A DNA stretch of 64,000 bases. Origin: an uncultured delta proteobacterium (GTDB taxonomy: Bacteria; Desulfobacterota; Desulfobacteria; Desulfobacterales; JAHEIW01). Below the pieces are notes generated by a model. That model saw only the letters and a program-made list of their open reading frames with translations, was not told the DNA's origin and made no database searches. Of this stretch, positions 31,057 through 41,526 are shown one piece after another. The stretch spans positions 1 to 64,000 of the forward strand of contig CAVPNL010000013.1 of NCBI GenBank assembly GCA_963706575.1, given 5' to 3'. Both the position numbers and the translations under genes were made by a program. The stretch's first letter is position 1. Each line of letters opens with the position of its first letter.

Positions 31057-31958
31057 ATGCTTGACGGATTTAGATTTGAGAAACAAAAGGTTTCGACAGG
31101 GATTCAGATTGCCTATCGAATTGGCGGAGAGGGTCAGCCGCTCTTGCTGTTGCATGGCTATCCCCAGACCCATTTAATGTGGGCAAAGATTGCGCCTCGA
31201 CTTGCCGAACATTTTACCGTGGTGATGAGCGATTTACGTGGATACGGTGACAGCGATAAACCGAAAAGTGACCCGCAACATGAGACATACAGCTTTCGGG
31301 CCATGGCGCAAGATCAGGCAGGTCTCATGGAATCTCTTGGCTACAGGCAGTTTGCGGTTGCCGGACATGATCGCGGGGCACGGGTAACGCATCGGATGTG
31401 CCTTGACCACCCTGATCGAGTGACACAAGGCCGCTGTTTTGGATGTTGCACCGACCTTGACCATGTATGAGCGTGCGGATATGCCTTTTGCAATGGGATA
31501 TTACGAATGGTTTTTATTGCCCCAACCAGACACCGTTCCCGGAAAGACTCATCGGTGCAGATCCCAAATTCTATCTTCGATACGAACTGCTTGGCTGGTC
31601 GCAGAATAAAGAAGCAGAAATCGCCAGTATTTTTGACCCTGACTGCCTGGCGGATTATGAACGCTGCTTTTGTGACCCGCGAACGATTCACGCCACCTGT
31701 GAAGACTATCGCGCTGCAGCTTCTATTGATCTGGCGCACGACCGTGATGACCGCGAAGCCGGGAGAAAGATTAAGTGCCCACTTTTAGTCCTCTGGGGCG
31801 ATGCCAACCGGGTGCTGCAGGCGTATGACATGCTGGATGTCTGGCGCAAGGTAACGGACAACACCGTGGAAGGTCATGTTCTGCCCTGTGGCCATTATCT
31901 TCCGGAAGAAGTGCCGCAGGAAGTCATCAAGGCGTTTCAAGCCTTCTTTAAAAACTGA
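31057..31958 (+). CDS. alpha/beta hydrolase, haloacetate (fluoroacetate) dehalogenase-like; two frameshifts
   Basis: LLLHGYPQTH, DLRGYGDS, GHDRGARV, CEDYRA and CGHYLPEE. Confidence 0.85.
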
Positions 31959-32526
31959 GGTATTTCAATCCTGCTTTCAATCACAGGGCCTAATGCCGTT
32001 CCCGCCTCCAAAACACTTGACTTAAGGATTCGAACCCTTATTTTATTGATTCAGTTTGCCAGTTGAGCCCGTTTGCCCGTAATAATCGTCGCTGGCCTGC
32101 GACGAGCTCAGCCGAGTCGAAGCCACTCCCACTGGTATTCATGACTGCTTAATTGATGAAACCCCGTCTCAAAATAAGTACGTGGGAGCGGCATCTTGCC
32201 GCGATAAGAATTTTGACGACGCGCAACGCAGCTATCGCACAAAAAATGGCAATTTTTATAAATTTGATTAATGGGGTTTATTCTGATATATTGACATTAT
32301 TATTGAGAATCTCTGAGCGGTAATGGGGCCAAACAGCGCCGAGCGATCTGCACCTCCCGATAAGGTTGCCCGCCACGACTTCCATTCTCCGTTTTAGCCC
32401 AATATCCCGGGAATTGAACAATCACAGTCAAATCTATTTCAGTGTCTCTTCAAAACGTTTTAAGCAAGAGAATCTGTACGCCGTTTATACGACAGCGCAT
32501 CGATATAAAAACAGGTATGAGAAAAC

Positions 32527-33440
32527 ATGATCGATAATCATCGCATTCAATTTGAAAGACCCAATCTGGCTGAATTAATAAAAGAAAATACCGTGGTGGA
32601 CCTGCATTTTCATTCTTACTATTCGGATGGGTTTAATACGGTAGAAACGATTGCCAAAAAGGCACATGACCTTGGAATCGGCATAGCGATAACCGACCAT
32701 AATGAAATACGCGGCGCAGTTGAAATTGATGGATATCAGGATATTTTCAGCATACCAGGCATCGAAATGACATCCAGGGAAGGAACCCACGTCCTCATTT
32801 ATTTTTACCAGATCGAAGCGCTTGAAACGTTTTACGGGATCATGTTATCCCCTATATGGGTAATGACATCATGAGTTCCACGGCGCTGGAGATGGAAGAA
32901 ATTATCAGACGTGCCCGCAAATTTAAAACCGTTATTATCTTTCCCCATCCATTCTGCGGGGTCTATACCGGCATCCAGAATTCATATTTTCCCGAGGATC
33001 GTCTCGAACGTATTTTTTCCAAGGTTGACGGCGTCGAGGTCATCAATTCAGAGAATATGAATAAATCGAATTTGCGCAGCGCGCTTTTGGGATTTAACCT
33101 GGGCAAGGGAATCACCGGCGGCAGCGACGGCCACCGCATATCCCAGATGGGAAAAGCAGTGACCTATGCAGCGTGCAAACCAAGCCGCAATGCGTTTCTT
33201 AATGCCATCAAGAAGAAAAAAACAAAGGTTGTCGGAAAGGAAATCGATCTGATCCACAAGATGACCTCAAACGGCGTGAAACTAAAAAACAATATTAAAA
33301 ATTATCCGGATCTGGTCGAAAAAAACCTCAAGTACAGCTATACGGTGATAAACTCCAAATCAAAAGAAATAAAAGAAAATGTGAAGCGCAGTTTAAATGG
33401 CAAAAAAAGAGAGCGGCAAAAAAAATACAGGGCTATATAA
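32527..33440 (+). CDS. PHP domain protein; frameshift near 32838
   Basis: DLHFHSYYSDG, ITDHN, PGIE, PHPF and GGSDGH. Confidence 0.85.
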
Positions 33441-33500
33441 GTATATAAGAATTTGATTTTAAATTGAATTTTACTGTCAACCGCTGCAACAGCGGAAAGC

Positions 33501-33537
33501 AAATCGCCGGGGACTAAATCCCCGGCGATTTTTATTT
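33501..33537. terminator. intrinsic terminator between convergent genes
   Basis: AAATCGCCGGGGA-CTAAA-TCCCCGGCGATTT followed by a T-rich tail. Confidence 0.8.
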
Positions 33538-33565
33538 GCAAAATCGGTCTGATGGAATTTTGAAA

Positions 33566-33724
33566 TCACTTCTCGTCATTCGAATTAAGATCTTTGACAT
33601 CGATGCCACCACAATCCGGACAAAAAATTTGAGTTTGGCCGCTGGAGTCATCATTGGTTTCATCCAGTTCAGCAGCCAGCCCCCTCCAGCCGCATTCCTG
33701 ACATTCTTTCGGGTGCTCACCCAT
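33566..33724 (-). CDS. 52-aa zinc-ribbon (CPxCG-type) microprotein
   Basis: MGEHPKECQECGWRG...IFCPDCGGIDV; GAGGT RBS; missed by the ORF track. Confidence 0.75.
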   Translation of the reverse strand: MGEHPKECQECGWRGLAAELDETNDDSSGQTQIFCPDCGGIDVKDLNSNDEK

Positions 33725-34001
33725 AACCCCACCTCGTTAATTGCAGTAAACGGGATGCTTTTTTAAAACCACTTCTAATAATCCGTTTGAATTCCAGGCG
33801 TTAAATTAATTTGGCTCTTTCTTTTATTATATCTAATTTCAATCCTGAGGGCAACTTTAGCCCCTATTTGTCTTCAATATCACCATTGGGGGCCTGGCAA
33901 AAGCGGATCACCTTTCAATGAAAAAGGGATAGACCTGGACGACTCCAAGGCAGAAAACTACAAGGATATTCTGGATGCCTTAACCGAATTTGAACTGAAT
34001 G

Positions 34002-37000
34002 TTATTTCATCTCTGCGTGGTATTCCTGCAGCGATCTGACTTGCGGCGCACCATCGCGGCGCGCTGCGATGCCTTTGGCCGCCGCAACAGCCGCCGCCGT
34101 CGTGGTAATGTAGGGCACTTTATATTTAATGGCGGCTTTGCGTATATTTGAACTGTCCTGCGCACTCTTTCGGCCGCTGGGCGTGTTTACCAGAAGATTT
34201 ATGGTTTCGTTCTTTATGGCATCCACAAGGTCCGGTCTTCCATACCCCAGTTTGCGCAAGGGCGTGTTTTCAATACCGCGCTCTTCTAAAAAGTAGTGGG
34301 TACCTTCGGTTGTCATTATCTTAAAACCCAGCTCTTTAAAAAGTCTGACCGCTTCCAATGCCGCATTTTTGTCTCGATCCGCAATGGTAAACAGTACCGA
34401 TCCTTCTAAGGGCAAGGGGGTCTGGGTCGCTTCCTGGGCTTTAAAAAATGAGCGCCCATAGGAATGGGAAATACCTAAAACTTCGCCGGTAGATCTCATT
34501 TCCGGACCCAGAATCGGATCCACCTCGGGAAACATGTTGAAGGGAAAAACCGCCTCTTTAATACCGTAATGGGGTATGGGCCGATGCTTCAACTCTAGAT
34601 CCGCGATGCGTTTGCCCAGCATGACCTGCATGGCAATCCTGGCCATGGATATGTTACAAACCTTGGATACTAAAGGTACGGTTCGCGATGCCCGCGGGTT
34701 GGCTTCGAGCACATACACCGTATTTTCAAATATGGCATATTGAATATTCATCAGTCCGACAACGTTTAGCTCGATTGCGATCTTGCGCGTATATTCACTA
34801 ATGGTTTCGATGTGTTTCGGTGCGATGCTTACCGGCGGAATAACGCATGCCGAATCACCGGAATGTATCCCGGCCAGTTCAATATGTTCCATTACAGCCG
34901 GCACGAAAGCATCCGTACCATCGGCAATCGCATCGGCTTCAGCCTCAATGGCATTATCCAGAAATTTATCGATAAGAATCGGCCTTTGGGGAGAGATCTC
35001 TACCGCTGCCTCGAGATAGAATCTAAGGGATTCCTCATCCTGCACGACTTCCATACCACGGCCCCCCAAAACATATGAGGGCCTCACCATTAAAGGATAT
35101 CCGATTTTGTCAGCGATTTTCTGCGCCTCATCCATGTTACTGGCCATACCCGACTCAGGCTGGGGGATGTCCAGCTTACGCATAATGAGCCGGAAGCGAT
35201 CCCGGTCTTCGGCCAGATCAATGGTTTCAGGAGACGTGCCCATGATCTTTACGCCCATCTCCTCCAGTTCAGTCGCAATATTCAGGGGCGTCTGTCCGCC
35301 AAATTGAACAACAACGCCTTCGGGTTTCTCCTTTTCATAGATGCTCAAAACATCTTCAACGGTCAGCGGTTCAAAATAGAGTTTATCCGATGTGTCGTAA
35401 TCTGTAGACACAGTTTCAGGGTTGCAGTTAACCATAATCGACTCATAACCTGCATCGCGGATGGCCAGCGCTGCATGCACGCAGCAGTAATCAAACTCAA
35501 TGCCCTGACCAATACGATTGGGCCCACCACCTAAAACCATTATCTTTTTACGATCACTGACCGGAACCTTGTCGGGCGCATTGTAGGTGGAATAGTAATA
35601 GGCTGCGTTTTCGACACCACTTACCGGTACCGGTTCCCAGGCCTGATGCATGCCCAATGCCTTTCTCTGTTCACGGATTTGCTTTTCCGTCAGGTTGAGC
35701 AACAGGGCCAGGTAGCGATCTGCAAAACCGTCCTTTTTGGCTTGAATCAGCAGATCATCCGGCAATGCTTGATCCTTGTACGCGAGTATTTTTTCCTCAA
35801 GTTCGACGATTTCTCGCATCTGCTCAATAAACCAGGGTTTGATATGGGTCTTTTCATACAGCTCCTGCACGTCAGCACCTTTGCGCAGGGCTTCATACAT
35901 GAGAAACTGGCGTTCGCTGGTGGCAAAGCCCAATCGATCTATCAGTTCTTCCAGCGACAACCGATTGAAATTTTTGGCAAACCCAAGACCATAGCGGTTG
36001 GTTTCAAGGCTTCGAATCGCTTTCTGCAATGCCTCTTTATAGGTTTTACCCAGACTCATGACCTCGCCGACCGCCCGCATCTGGGTACCCAATTTGTCCT
36101 CAGCCCCCTCAAATTTTTCAAAGCCCCAGCGGGCAAATTTAACGACTACATATTCACCGGAAGGCGTATATTTCTCCAGGGTTCCATCCCGCCAGTAAGG
36201 GATTTCATCCATGGTCAAACCGCCGGCGAGCAGAGAAGAAACTCTGGCAATGGGGAATCCGGTGGCCTTGGATGCCAGGGCGGAAGAACGGGAGGTGCGG
36301 GGGTTAATCTCAATAACAACCACACGACCGGTTTTTGGATCATGGGCAAACTGAATATTGGTTCCGCCAATCACCTCAATGGCCTCAACAATGTCATAGG
36401 AATATCGCTGCAAGCGTTCCTGAAGTTCCGGGCTGATCGTCAACATGGGGGCCGTACAGAAGCTGTCGCCGGTATGGACGCCCATGGCGTCGACATTTTC
36501 GATAAAGCAAACCGTTATCATCTGATTTTTCGCATCGCGAACCACTTCCAGCTCGAGTTCCTCCCAGCCCAGGACCGATTCTTCAACCAGGATCTGATTG
36601 ACCAGGCTGGCTGCCAGACCGCGGGCGGCGATAACGCTTAATTCCTCAACATTATAGACCAATCCCCCACCGGTACCCCCCATGGTATAGGCTGGACGAA
36701 TAACAACCGGGTAACCCAGATCTTCTGCCACCGCCTCGGCATCTTCAACCGTGTTGACCGTCTTGCTGCGCGGCATTTCGATACCCAGTTTTTCCATCGT
36801 GGCCTTAAACGCCAGACGGTCTTCACCCCGCTCGATGGCATCCACATTTACACCGATAATCTGGACACCATATTCTTCCAATACACCGGTGCGGGAGAGC
36901 TCGGAAGACAGATTCAGACCGGATTGCCCGCCCAGGTTGGGCAGGAGTGCATCGGGTCGCTCCTTGGCGATAATTTGCGTCAAGGTCTTCAAATTCAGCG

Positions 37001-37202
37001 GTTCAATGTAGGTCACATCGGCCATACCCGGATCGGTCATGATCGTTGCCGGATTGGAATTCACCAACACGATTTCATATCCCATGGATCGCAGTGCTTT
37101 ACATGCCTGGGTACCGGAATAGTCAAATTCGCAGGCCTGCCCGATCACGATAGGACCTGATCCGATGATGAGAATCTTGTGGATGTCATCTCTTTTGGCC
37201 AT
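34002..37202 (-). CDS. carB: carbamoyl-phosphate synthase large subunit
   Basis: IGSGPIVIGQACEFDYSG, GPNRIGQGIEFDY, duplicated ATP-grasp domains and an MGS domain. Confidence 0.98.
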   Translation of the reverse strand: MAKRDDIHKILIIGSGPIVIGQACEFDYSGTQACKALRSMGYEIVLVNSNPATIMTDPGMADVTYIEPLNLKTLTQIIAKERPDALLPNLGGQSGLNLSSELSRTGVLEEYGVQIIGVNVDAIERGEDRLAFKATMEKLGIEMPRSKTVNTVEDAEAVAEDLGYPVVIRPAYTMGGTGGGLVYNVEELSVIAARGLAASLVNQILVEESVLGWEELELEVVRDAKNQMITVCFIENVDAMGVHTGDSFCTAPMLTISPELQERLQRYSYDIVEAIEVIGGTNIQFAHDPKTGRVVVIEINPRTSRSSALASKATGFPIARVSSLLAGGLTMDEIPYWRDGTLEKYTPSGEYVVVKFARWGFEKFEGAEDKLGTQMRAVGEVMSLGKTYKEALQKAIRSLETNRYGLGFAKNFNRLSLEELIDRLGFATSERQFLMYEALRKGADVQELYEKTHIKPWFIEQMREIVELEEKILAYKDQALPDDLLIQAKKDGFADRYLALLLNLTEKQIREQRKALGMHQAWEPVPVSGVENAAYYYSTYNAPDKVPVSDRKKIMVLGGGPNRIGQGIEFDYCCVHAALAIRDAGYESIMVNCNPETVSTDYDTSDKLYFEPLTVEDVLSIYEKEKPEGVVVQFGGQTPLNIATELEEMGVKIMGTSPETIDLAEDRDRFRLIMRKLDIPQPESGMASNMDEAQKIADKIGYPLMVRPSYVLGGRGMEVVQDEESLRFYLEAAVEISPQRPILIDKFLDNAIEAEADAIADGTDAFVPAVMEHIELAGIHSGDSACVIPPVSIAPKHIETISEYTRKIAIELNVVGLMNIQYAIFENTVYVLEANPRASRTVPLVSKVCNISMARIAMQVMLGKRIADLELKHRPIPHYGIKEAVFPFNMFPEVDPILGPEMRSTGEVLGISHSYGRSFFKAQEATQTPLPLEGSVLFTIADRDKNAALEAVRLFKELGFKIMTTEGTHYFLEERGIENTPLRKLGYGRPDLVDAIKNETINLLVNTPSGRKSAQDSSNIRKAAIKYKVPYITTTAAAVAAAKGIAARRDGAPQVRSLQEYHAEMK

Positions 37203-37340
37203 TATCCCCCCTTTAGGTGAGTTTCAAATGATTTCGTTTCGGCAGTAGATTGCCATCAATTCTTGCGAAAAGAATATAGAAAACTGGATATTGGGTGTCA
37301 ATCATATTTGTCCGTTGAATCCGGTCGCCGGCGGGATTTT

Positions 37341-38099
37341 TTATGCCCGGCTGTTGACCCCGGGGCTTGAGCTGGGGGGTGCTTTTCTGAAATGCATCAG
37401 ATAGTTAACGTGGGTGTTCCCGCCTGCTGAGTATTTTCTTAAAATCGGGTTGTAGTGCAGCCCCGTCAAGTCCTCAAACGATAATCCGGAATTTAGGGCC
37501 CAATCCTTGAGCTCCGCCGGTTTGATGAATTTGCCATAGCGGTGGGTGCCTTTGCGTACCAGGCCGAGGATATATTCGGCACCGATAATCGCAAACAGAA
37601 AGGATTTCGGGTTGCGGTTAAGGGTGGCAAAAAACACGTCCCCACCGGGCCTGGCCAGTGTTTTACATGCCGCGACGACCGAGACCGGATCGGGAACGTG
37701 CTCCAGCAGCTCCAGACAGGTAACGACATCAAATTGATCCGGATGGGTTCCGGCAAATTGCTCGGTGGTCGCCTGTTGATAATCGATAGTAAGGCCGGAC
37801 TTGCGCGAATGCAGCCTGGCAACCCCCAGGGCGGCCGCGCCCATATCAATCCCGGTGACCACGGCACCCAGCGAGGCCATAGCCTCGGACAGAATCCCCC
37901 CGCCGCAGCCTGCGTCCAGCACCGCTTTTCCGGCAAGAGGTGCCCGATCGTTAATATAGTTCAGCCGCAGCACATTGATGTCATGCAGGGCTTTAAAGTC
38001 CCCCTGCTTATCCCACCAGATCGGGGCCATGGCCTCAAATTTGGTAATTTCAGCCTCGTCAATATTTACAGCGGGGGTTTGTTTTGAATTATCTATCAT
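37341..38099 (-). CDS. ubiG: UbiG-type O-methyltransferase
   Basis: EITKF..WWD..FKALHDIN, LDAGCGGGILSE and LEHVPDP; start set to ATG 38099 because the upstream extension is a repeat. Confidence 0.92.
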   Translation of the reverse strand: MIDNSKQTPAVNIDEAEITKFEAMAPIWWDKQGDFKALHDINVLRLNYINDRAPLAGKAVLDAGCGGGILSEAMASLGAVVTGIDMGAAALGVARLHSRKSGLTIDYQQATTEQFAGTHPDQFDVVTCLELLEHVPDPVSVVAACKTLARPGGDVFFATLNRNPKSFLFAIIGAEYILGLVRKGTHRYGKFIKPAELKDWALNSGLSFEDLTGLHYNPILRKYSAGGNTHVNYLMHFRKAPPSSSPGVNSRA

Positions 38100-38115
38100 T
38101 GATTTATCGAATGAT

Positions 38116-38176
38116 TCACCGCAGAGACGCAGAGACAAAGAATTATTTCTCTGCGATCTTTGCGTCTCTGCGGTGA
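38116..38176. repeat. palindromic CGCAGAG / CTCTGCG repeat
   Basis: TCACCGCAGAGACGCAGAG...CTCTGCG..TCTCTGCGGTGA; half copies at 39329-39357 and 40438-40467. Confidence 0.8.
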
Positions 38177-38179
38177 GAA

Positions 38180-39088
38180 CTATTCTGCAACAGTAGTTTT
38201 GTTCATGAGACCCCAGAGCTGTGACAACAGCATGCCCGACAGCATCAGCCCGCAACCGAAAAGGCCGCGTGCAGAAATGATTTCACCCAGTATCAGCCAG
38301 CCACCGATGGCCGCAAAGACGGCTTCCAGACTCAGCAAAATGGCCGCATGGGCTGGATGGGCATCTCTCTGGGCAATCACTTGTAAGGTATAGGCGATCC
38401 CGACCGAAAGCAAGCCGCCATATAAAATGGGAATGGCAGCCTGAAAAATTGAAAGCATGGTGATGTCTTCAACAACGCCTGCGGTGATTAGACTGAGAAT
38501 CGAACAGGCCACATACTGAGAAAAAGCCAATTTAACCGGGTTGATTCTGGGTGAAAGCCAACCGATGATCAAAACATGAGCGGCCCAGAAAAAAGCGCCG
38601 ATTAAGACAAGCAAATCGCCCGGTTCAATCGTAAATTCTTCAGTCACACTTAAGAAGTAAAGACCGATAGCCGCCAGAACTGCTCCGATCCAGGTCCCGA
38701 TTTTGGGTTGCTGCCGCCAGAAAAGACCCAGCAGCGGCACAATTATCACATAAAGACCGGTGATAAACCCGGCCTTTCCGGCTGTCGTGTAGACCAATCC
38801 AATTTGCTGTAACGAGGCCCCCGAGAAAAGCGCCAGCCCCAGGGCAGCGCCTCCGAATAGAATGGTTTTCAAACCGGGGGGCGGCATGATCTTATGGGTT
38901 GCGATTTGCTGCTCCCGGCCTATTGCCACCAGGGGCAACAATGACAGGCTGCCGATGGCAAATCGAATGCCGTTGAAGGTAAACGGCCCCACATAGTCCA
39001 TTCCCACCCGCTGGGCGACAAAGGCAAATCCCCAGATGATCGCGGTGGTCAGCAGGAGCGCATCTGACTTTATTGTTACACCTTTCAT
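38180..39088 (-). CDS. DMT/EamA family transporter
   Basis: IWGFAFVAQ, TTAGKAGFITG and LSLEAVFA; about 10 TM segments. Confidence 0.92.
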   Translation of the reverse strand: MKGVTIKSDALLLTTAIIWGFAFVAQRVGMDYVGPFTFNGIRFAIGSLSLLPLVAIGREQQIATHKIMPPPGLKTILFGGAALGLALFSGASLQQIGLVYTTAGKAGFITGLYVIIVPLLGLFWRQQPKIGTWIGAVLAAIGLYFLSVTEEFTIEPGDLLVLIGAFFWAAHVLIIGWLSPRINPVKLAFSQYVACSILSLITAGVVEDITMLSIFQAAIPILYGGLLSVGIAYTLQVIAQRDAHPAHAAILLSLEAVFAAIGGWLILGEIISARGLFGCGLMLSGMLLSQLWGLMNKTTVAE

Positions 39089-39379
39089 AAATGGGCACCA
39101 TACTTTCTGCCCAATTCGGAGTCAAGTGAAACTCCCCGGGTTGAAACCCAGGGCATCTAATACTTCCTTAGACAAACTCCTCCTCCTTGATCCCCTCCCA
39201 TCCTGGCATATGGTCGCAACGATCAGATGCGATCAAGCAGAAATAAAAATGGTTGATAAATATAAATTCGCAGAATAAATTGATCCCAAAGTTTGCCGGA
39301 GTCTCAGCGGCAAATGAAAAAAAATTATCTCTGCGTTCTCTGCGCCTCTGTGTGAGATATTTAAAAGGAGGACTCGATA

Positions 39380-40402
39380 ATGAATCTGGCCAAATTTCCC
39401 CGCCGCCGCTATACCGAAGGAAGGACCCCGATTGAAAAACTTGAACGGCTTTCGGCAGAGCTGGATGGGCCCACCATCTACGTGAAAAGAGACGACTTGC
39501 TGGGGCTCGCCGGAGGTGGCAATAAAACCCGTAAGCTGGAATTTCTGGTGGCCGAGGCTTTGGACCAGGGCGCCGACACGCTGATTACCTGCGGTGCGGT
39601 GCAATCCAACCACTGCCGTCTGACGCTGGCAGCCGCCGTCAAAGAAGGACTCAAATGCAGGCTGGTTCTGGAAGAGCGGGTCCCCGGCAGTTATAAACCG
39701 GAATCCGGCGGAAACAATTTTTTATTCCAATTGATGGGTGTCGAAAAAATCACCGTCGCCCCCGGCGGTTCGGACATGATGACCGCGATGCAGGCAGTTG
39801 CCGACGAGGTCGCCGCTGAAGGCTGCAAAGCCTATGTCATCCCCGGCGGCGGGTCCAATCCGGTGGGTGCGACCGGCTATGTTGCCTGTGCGGAAGAGAT
39901 CCTGGCGCAAACCTTTGACATTGGCATCAATATCGACCGAATCATTTGCGCCAGCGGCAGCGCCGGCACCCATGCGGGATTGGTCACCGGCTTTTACGGC
40001 AACAACAGCAATCTCCCGGTAATCGGCATCAATGTCAGCCGACCGAAAATTGATCAGGAAGAACTGGTCTATGATCTCGTGCAGAGAACTTCCAAACATG
40101 TCGGCCTGAATTCAGATATTCCCAGAGAAGCCGTGGTTTGCTTTGATGAATATGTCGGACCCGGCTATTCTCTGCCGACACCTGAAATGGCAGAAGCCGT
40201 TCGAATGCTGGCCCGTTTGGAAGGCGTTTTGATCGACCCGGTTTACACCGGCAAAGCCATGGCCGGACTCATTGACCTGGTGCGCAAAGGCACTTTCAAC
40301 AACGATGAAAACATTCTTTTTGTCCATACCGGTGGTTCACCGGCACTGTATGTGTATATGGATGAAATTTTGGGTACAGGGTATAAGGTATCTGAGTGCT
40401 GA
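39380..40402 (+). CDS. D-cysteine desulfhydrase / cysteate sulfo-lyase family PLP enzyme
   Basis: KRDD...GGNKTRKLEF, QSNH, GSAGT, DPVYTGK and HTGG. Confidence 0.92.
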   Translation: MNLAKFPRRRYTEGRTPIEKLERLSAELDGPTIYVKRDDLLGLAGGGNKTRKLEFLVAEALDQGADTLITCGAVQSNHCRLTLAAAVKEGLKCRLVLEERVPGSYKPESGGNNFLFQLMGVEKITVAPGGSDMMTAMQAVADEVAAEGCKAYVIPGGGSNPVGATGYVACAEEILAQTFDIGINIDRIICASGSAGTHAGLVTGFYGNNSNLPVIGINVSRPKIDQEELVYDLVQRTSKHVGLNSDIPREAVVCFDEYVGPGYSLPTPEMAEAVRMLARLEGVLIDPVYTGKAMAGLIDLVRKGTFNNDENILFVHTGGSPALYVYMDEILGTGYKVSEC

Positions 40403-40471
40403 GGACTGAGAACAAGAGAATTTCACTAGTTTTTTTTCTCCGTGTACTCTGTGCGCTCTGTGGTGAAAAAA

Positions 40472-41188
40472 GTGAAGGAAAAGACGATCGGTATATTGGG
40501 CGGCATGGGACCCAAAGCTACCCTGGACTGTTTTGCCAAAATTATTAAAAGCACGCCGGCAAAAACGGATCAGGAACACCTGCGGGTGATCGTCGATTCC
40601 AACCCCAAAGTCCCGGACCGCACCGCCGCCATAATCGCCGAGGGCGAATCACCGGTGCCCATCCTGGTGGCCGGATGCCGTTCCCTTCAACAAGCCGGGG
40701 CTGATTTTATTATTATGCCCTGCGTGTCGGCCCATTTCTTTCTGGATGAAATCCAACAACAGATCGCGCTTCCCATCCTGTCGATTTTTGATGTTGTAAG
40801 CCAAGCCATCATCAGCGACCATCCGCAGATCAAAACCGTCGGGCTGATGGGCACCACCGGAACCATCAATGGCGGTCTGTTTCAAAAACGCCTGGCCGCC
40901 GATGGCATCGAAACCATTGTGGCCGATGAAAGCCACCAGTCGAAGGTAATGGAAGCCATTTACGATATCAAAAATTCTCTGCCGGCTCGTTCCAGAGCGC
41001 AAATTACATCAGATCTGGTAGATGCAGCCGAGCGCCTTATCTCGAACGGTGCCAGGGGAATCGTTGCCGGCTGCACCGAGATCCCGCTGGCCTTAAAGCA
41101 GAGACACCTGTCAGTGCCCTACTTCGATGCGTTGACCATACTGGCCCGCGCCGCCATATTAAAGGCCGGTCTGACGCCAATTCCCTGA
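40472..41188 (+). CDS. aspartate/cysteate racemase family protein
   Basis: GILGGMGP, VPDRT, PCVSAH and GCTEIP. Confidence 0.9.
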   Translation: MKEKTIGILGGMGPKATLDCFAKIIKSTPAKTDQEHLRVIVDSNPKVPDRTAAIIAEGESPVPILVAGCRSLQQAGADFIIMPCVSAHFFLDEIQQQIALPILSIFDVVSQAIISDHPQIKTVGLMGTTGTINGGLFQKRLAADGIETIVADESHQSKVMEAIYDIKNSLPARSRAQITSDLVDAAERLISNGARGIVAGCTEIPLALKQRHLSVPYFDALTILARAAILKAGLTPIP

Positions 41189-41258
41189 TCCATGTCTTGA
41201 CTTGTAGCTTAATTCCAGATTATCCTTGCATTCTGCTCGATCTACCCATTAGAATCCC

Positions 41259-41404
41259 TAGAAGTGGTTTCAAAACCTCAGATCAGGTTCAAGGGCAAGG
41301 CGCAGGCCGATCGAGAAAGCGCAGCATACGTGGGTATGTGAGCATTTATCGGAGGCCTGCAACGCAGCCATTGAGCCTCAGATGGGGTTTTGAGACCACT
41401 TCTA
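41259..41404 (+). mobile_element. RPE/ERIC-like MITE, family A, copy 1
   Basis: TA-GAAGTGGTTTCAAAACC ... GGTTTTGAGACCACTTC-TA; core GCAGCATAC-loop-GTATGTGAG. Confidence 0.85.
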
Positions 41405-41526
41405 ATGCAAAACAATGGGTCGTTTCCCATTTTATTGTTTCGACCGTCGAGAGGCATGCAGATAAAGAAATGAAACCCGGTTGCTCTCGTTCGTTTTTAG
41501 ACCATTGTTTTTAAACAGGTGATGTT

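Noticed and set aside
35646..36641. 331-aa plus-strand ORF, and similar long antisense ORFs (e.g. 55843..56646, 12521..13144)
   Set aside because: Shadow frames of well-supported genes on the opposite strand, with no motifs of their own
39125..39160. IS200/IS605-like end hairpin (CTCCCCGGGTTGAAACCCAGGGCATC)
   Set aside because: A single short hairpin with no transposase or partner end; too weak to call
41197..41514. Short ORFs over MITEs and REPs (also 53716..54090, 14572..14838, 30615..30818)
   Set aside because: They translate repeat elements and lack an RBS or recognisable domains
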